Shown one piece after another: positions 62,420-64,000 of a DNA stretch of 64,000 bases. How positions within the stretch are numbered: position 1 is the first letter of the stretch; each line of letters begins with the position of its first letter. The translations under genes were made by a program, and so were the position numbers. This stretch comes from an uncultured archaeon (GTDB lineage Archaea > Aenigmatarchaeota > Aenigmatarchaeia > QMZP01). The notes under the pieces are model-generated. The model searched no databases. It saw only the letters and a program-made list of their open reading frames with translations, and was not told the DNA's origin. Location: positions 20,014 through 84,013 of the forward strand of contig CAZSLL010000002.1 in the NCBI GenBank assembly GCA_964607835.1, read 5' to 3'.

Positions 62420-64000
62420 TCCCTCGCCTCCCTGCCGGGGCCTTCATTCTCCTTGCCCCCGGAAGCTGCTGTTTTGGCGCCGGCCGCCACTCCCTCCAGC
62501 TCCCTTATCCTCTTCTTGAGCTGTATCATTCTCAGCTCCCTTCCCACGGCGAGCCTGTTGAACCTCTCGAGCTCGCTCTGCCTACTCTTGATTTCCTCTT
62601 CTGTTTTCTTCTTCCCTGTGATGTCCTCCACCACGGCCACAGCGCCCGTGAACCTCTTGCCAATCTGTATTGGCGACATCTTGGCGTTGTACCAGCTCTT
62701 ACTACCATGTGTCTCAAGGCTGTACTGAAACTCTGACGGATGGCCCTGTCTGCTATTCTCGAGTGCTCTTTCAAATGCCTGGCTGACGTCTGCCGGCATG
62801 ACCTCTTCAGGCCTCCTGCCTGTGAGCTCACCTGACTTCTTGTTAATGCTGGAACCATCAGGGGCGTGTATATATGTGAACCTCTTCTGGCGATCGAACA
62901 CAAACACAGTGTCCACCATGGACTGGAGGATGCTCCTGAGCATGTTTTCTGACTCCTTGAGCTTTTCCCCTGCCCTTTTCCTGTCTGTAATGTCAATCCC
63001 CGTCCCTATGAGATAGGCCTTCTTCCCCATACTAATCCTGTGCCCTGTGAGTATGAAGGCCGTCGCCTTGCCCTGTTTTGAGACCAGGCTTGCCTGCACA
63101 GAATCGCTTCCCTTCCTGAACACGCTTGCTATCTTTTCGCCCACCAGCTTCTTCTCCTCGCCCCTGAACAGTTCAGTTGGATGGGTCTTCTCGAGCTCCT
63201 TTCCAGAGAGGCCCGTTACCTTCTCGAAGTTCTTGTTCCACCTCAGGAACCTCCCGCTCCGGTTGAACATGTAGAAGACACCGGGAAGGCTGTTTATGAC
63301 AGATTCTGATATGTTCCTCTCGCTGACAATCCTTTCCTGTGCCCGCCTGGCCCCTGTAACATCCCTGAAGTTCCATACCCTTCCTGTGACCCTGTCGCCC
63401 AGTCTTTGAGGTTGTGAGTACCTCTCGAATACCCTCCCGTCTTTTAGCATTATTTTGTCAAAGCTCTCTTTTTTGGGATGGCTGTTGAGGTGCCTTACCT
63501 TTGACAGAAAGCCTTCTGTGTCCGCAAGCTTTGAGCACATGTACCGAAGCAGCTTGTCGTTATCCCCCTCCCTGAGCAGCTTCCTATGGATGTTCCACAT
63601 ATTCCTGAATCTGTCGTTGTAGAATGATACCCTGCCCTTTCTGTCAACCACGAGTATGCCGTCGTCTGTTGACTCCATGGTGGCCCTTATGAGGGAAAAG
63701 CTCCTCTTCATCTCTTCCTGTGCCTTCTTCTCCTGTGTGATGTCGCTTCCGGCTACCAATACCCTGGTTACCTTTCCGCCAGTGTAAAGTGGTATACCCA
63801 CCAACTGGATGAGCCTCTCCTTCCCGTTCCTGAGCTTCAGGCGGTAGACGGTCCTTTTCGTGACCTCTCCCCTGAGGTTCTTCCGGAACTCCATCCAGGC
63901 CTTCATACCATTCTTCCTGTCAAGGCTCACCAATTTCGAGAATGCCCCGCCGGAGCTGTCTTTAAGCCGGATGCCCGTGAATCTCTCTGCTTCTCTATTG
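62416..64000 (-). CDS. Multi-PAS-domain signalling protein (at least 4 PAS repeats), 5'-partial at window edge; no catalytic output domain
   Basis: PAS repeats carry 'DG..VVDRKGR..FYN..F', 'GRFLRWNKNFEKVTG' and 'D.ITDRK'-type endings. The frame stays open to nt 64000 and the N-terminal fragment is the end of a PAS fold. The C-terminus 'ELERFNRLAVGRELRMIQLKKRIRELE' is almost the same motif as the C-terminus of the 60626..62419 protein. Confidence 0.8.
   Translation of the reverse strand, partial: NREAERFTGIRLKDSSGGAFSKLVSLDRKNGMKAWMEFRKNLRGEVTKRTVYRLKLRNGKERLIQLVGIPLYTGGKVTRVLVAGSDITQEKKAQEEMKRSFSLIRATMESTDDGILVVDRKGRVSFYNDRFRNMWNIHRKLLREGDNDKLLRYMCSKLADTEGFLSKVRHLNSHPKKESFDKIMLKDGRVFERYSQPQRLGDRVTGRVWNFRDVTGARRAQERIVSERNISESVINSLPGVFYMFNRSGRFLRWNKNFEKVTGLSGKELEKTHPTELFRGEEKKLVGEKIASVFRKGSDSVQASLVSKQGKATAFILTGHRISMGKKAYLIGTGIDITDRKRAGEKLKESENMLRSILQSMVDTVFVFDRQKRFTYIHAPDGSSINKKSGELTGRRPEEVMPADVSQAFERALENSRQGHPSEFQYSLETHGSKSWYNAKMSPIQIGKRFTGAVAVVEDITGKKKTEEEIKSRQSELERFNRLAVGRELRMIQLKKRIRELEGVAAGAKTAASGGKENEGPGREARE

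Overview
The window reads as archaeal: AGG/AGA arginine and ATA isoleucine codons, AT-rich TATA-box intergenic islands, a UbiA-prenyltransferase/polyprenyl-synthase pair and several single-domain KaiC-like ATPases. I cannot place the lineage from sequence alone.

Nearly 60% of the window (1..37758, + strand) is one uninterrupted reading frame. It has no stop codon back to position 1 and no signal peptide, so the gene continues upstream of the window. It encodes more than 12,570 residues of an acidic, Cys-patterned surface protein dense in N-glycosylation sequons. The N-terminal part carries two DUF2341-like and two LamG-like domains. A roughly 23.5 kb array follows, made of a ~1 kb (~340 aa) module with 'GGWG..NFTV', 'F.P.C.Y..G.Q.W.AG' and 'GWYNCTW' motifs. 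The modules fall into three types that repeat every 3072 bp. The C-terminal part is a mosaic of Ig/CARDB-like modules. It ends in a 'CGDGECE..CPTDCE' motif, a Gly/Ala linker, a single transmembrane helix with a poly-Lys stop-transfer, and a cytoplasmic FtsK/HerA-type P-loop ATPase domain. A 780-bp tract inside the array is identical to a second copy exactly 3072 bp downstream.

Downstream on the + strand are two further genes. The first, with an 11-bp translational overlap, encodes a coiled-coil protein carrying three SHOCT-like motifs. The second encodes a 1961-aa DUF2341/CARDB-like surface protein with a transmembrane helix and a SHOCT-like cytoplasmic tail.

Convergent on the - strand are two more genes. 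One encodes a 1367-aa LamG surface protein with three transmembrane helices and three SHOCT-like cytoplasmic repeats. The other encodes a KaiC-like ATPase.

I read these together as one candidate, apparently novel, ATPase-coupled multi-protein cell-surface system. The linking evidence is the shared ectodomain, linker and tail grammar.

The remaining ~13 kb holds an FG-GAP beta-propeller protein, a sulfatase-family enzyme with Thr/His substitutions at its key positions, an AbrB-like/KaiC-like/V4R-like trio, an isoprenoid lipid gene pair, a Walker-A-less KaiC paralog, a CheY receiver, a Cache-HAMP histidine kinase, a Cache-HAMP sensor with no output domain, and a 5'-truncated multi-PAS protein. 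The last two end in the same C-terminal helix motif. No rRNA, tRNA, CRISPR array or transposase was found.
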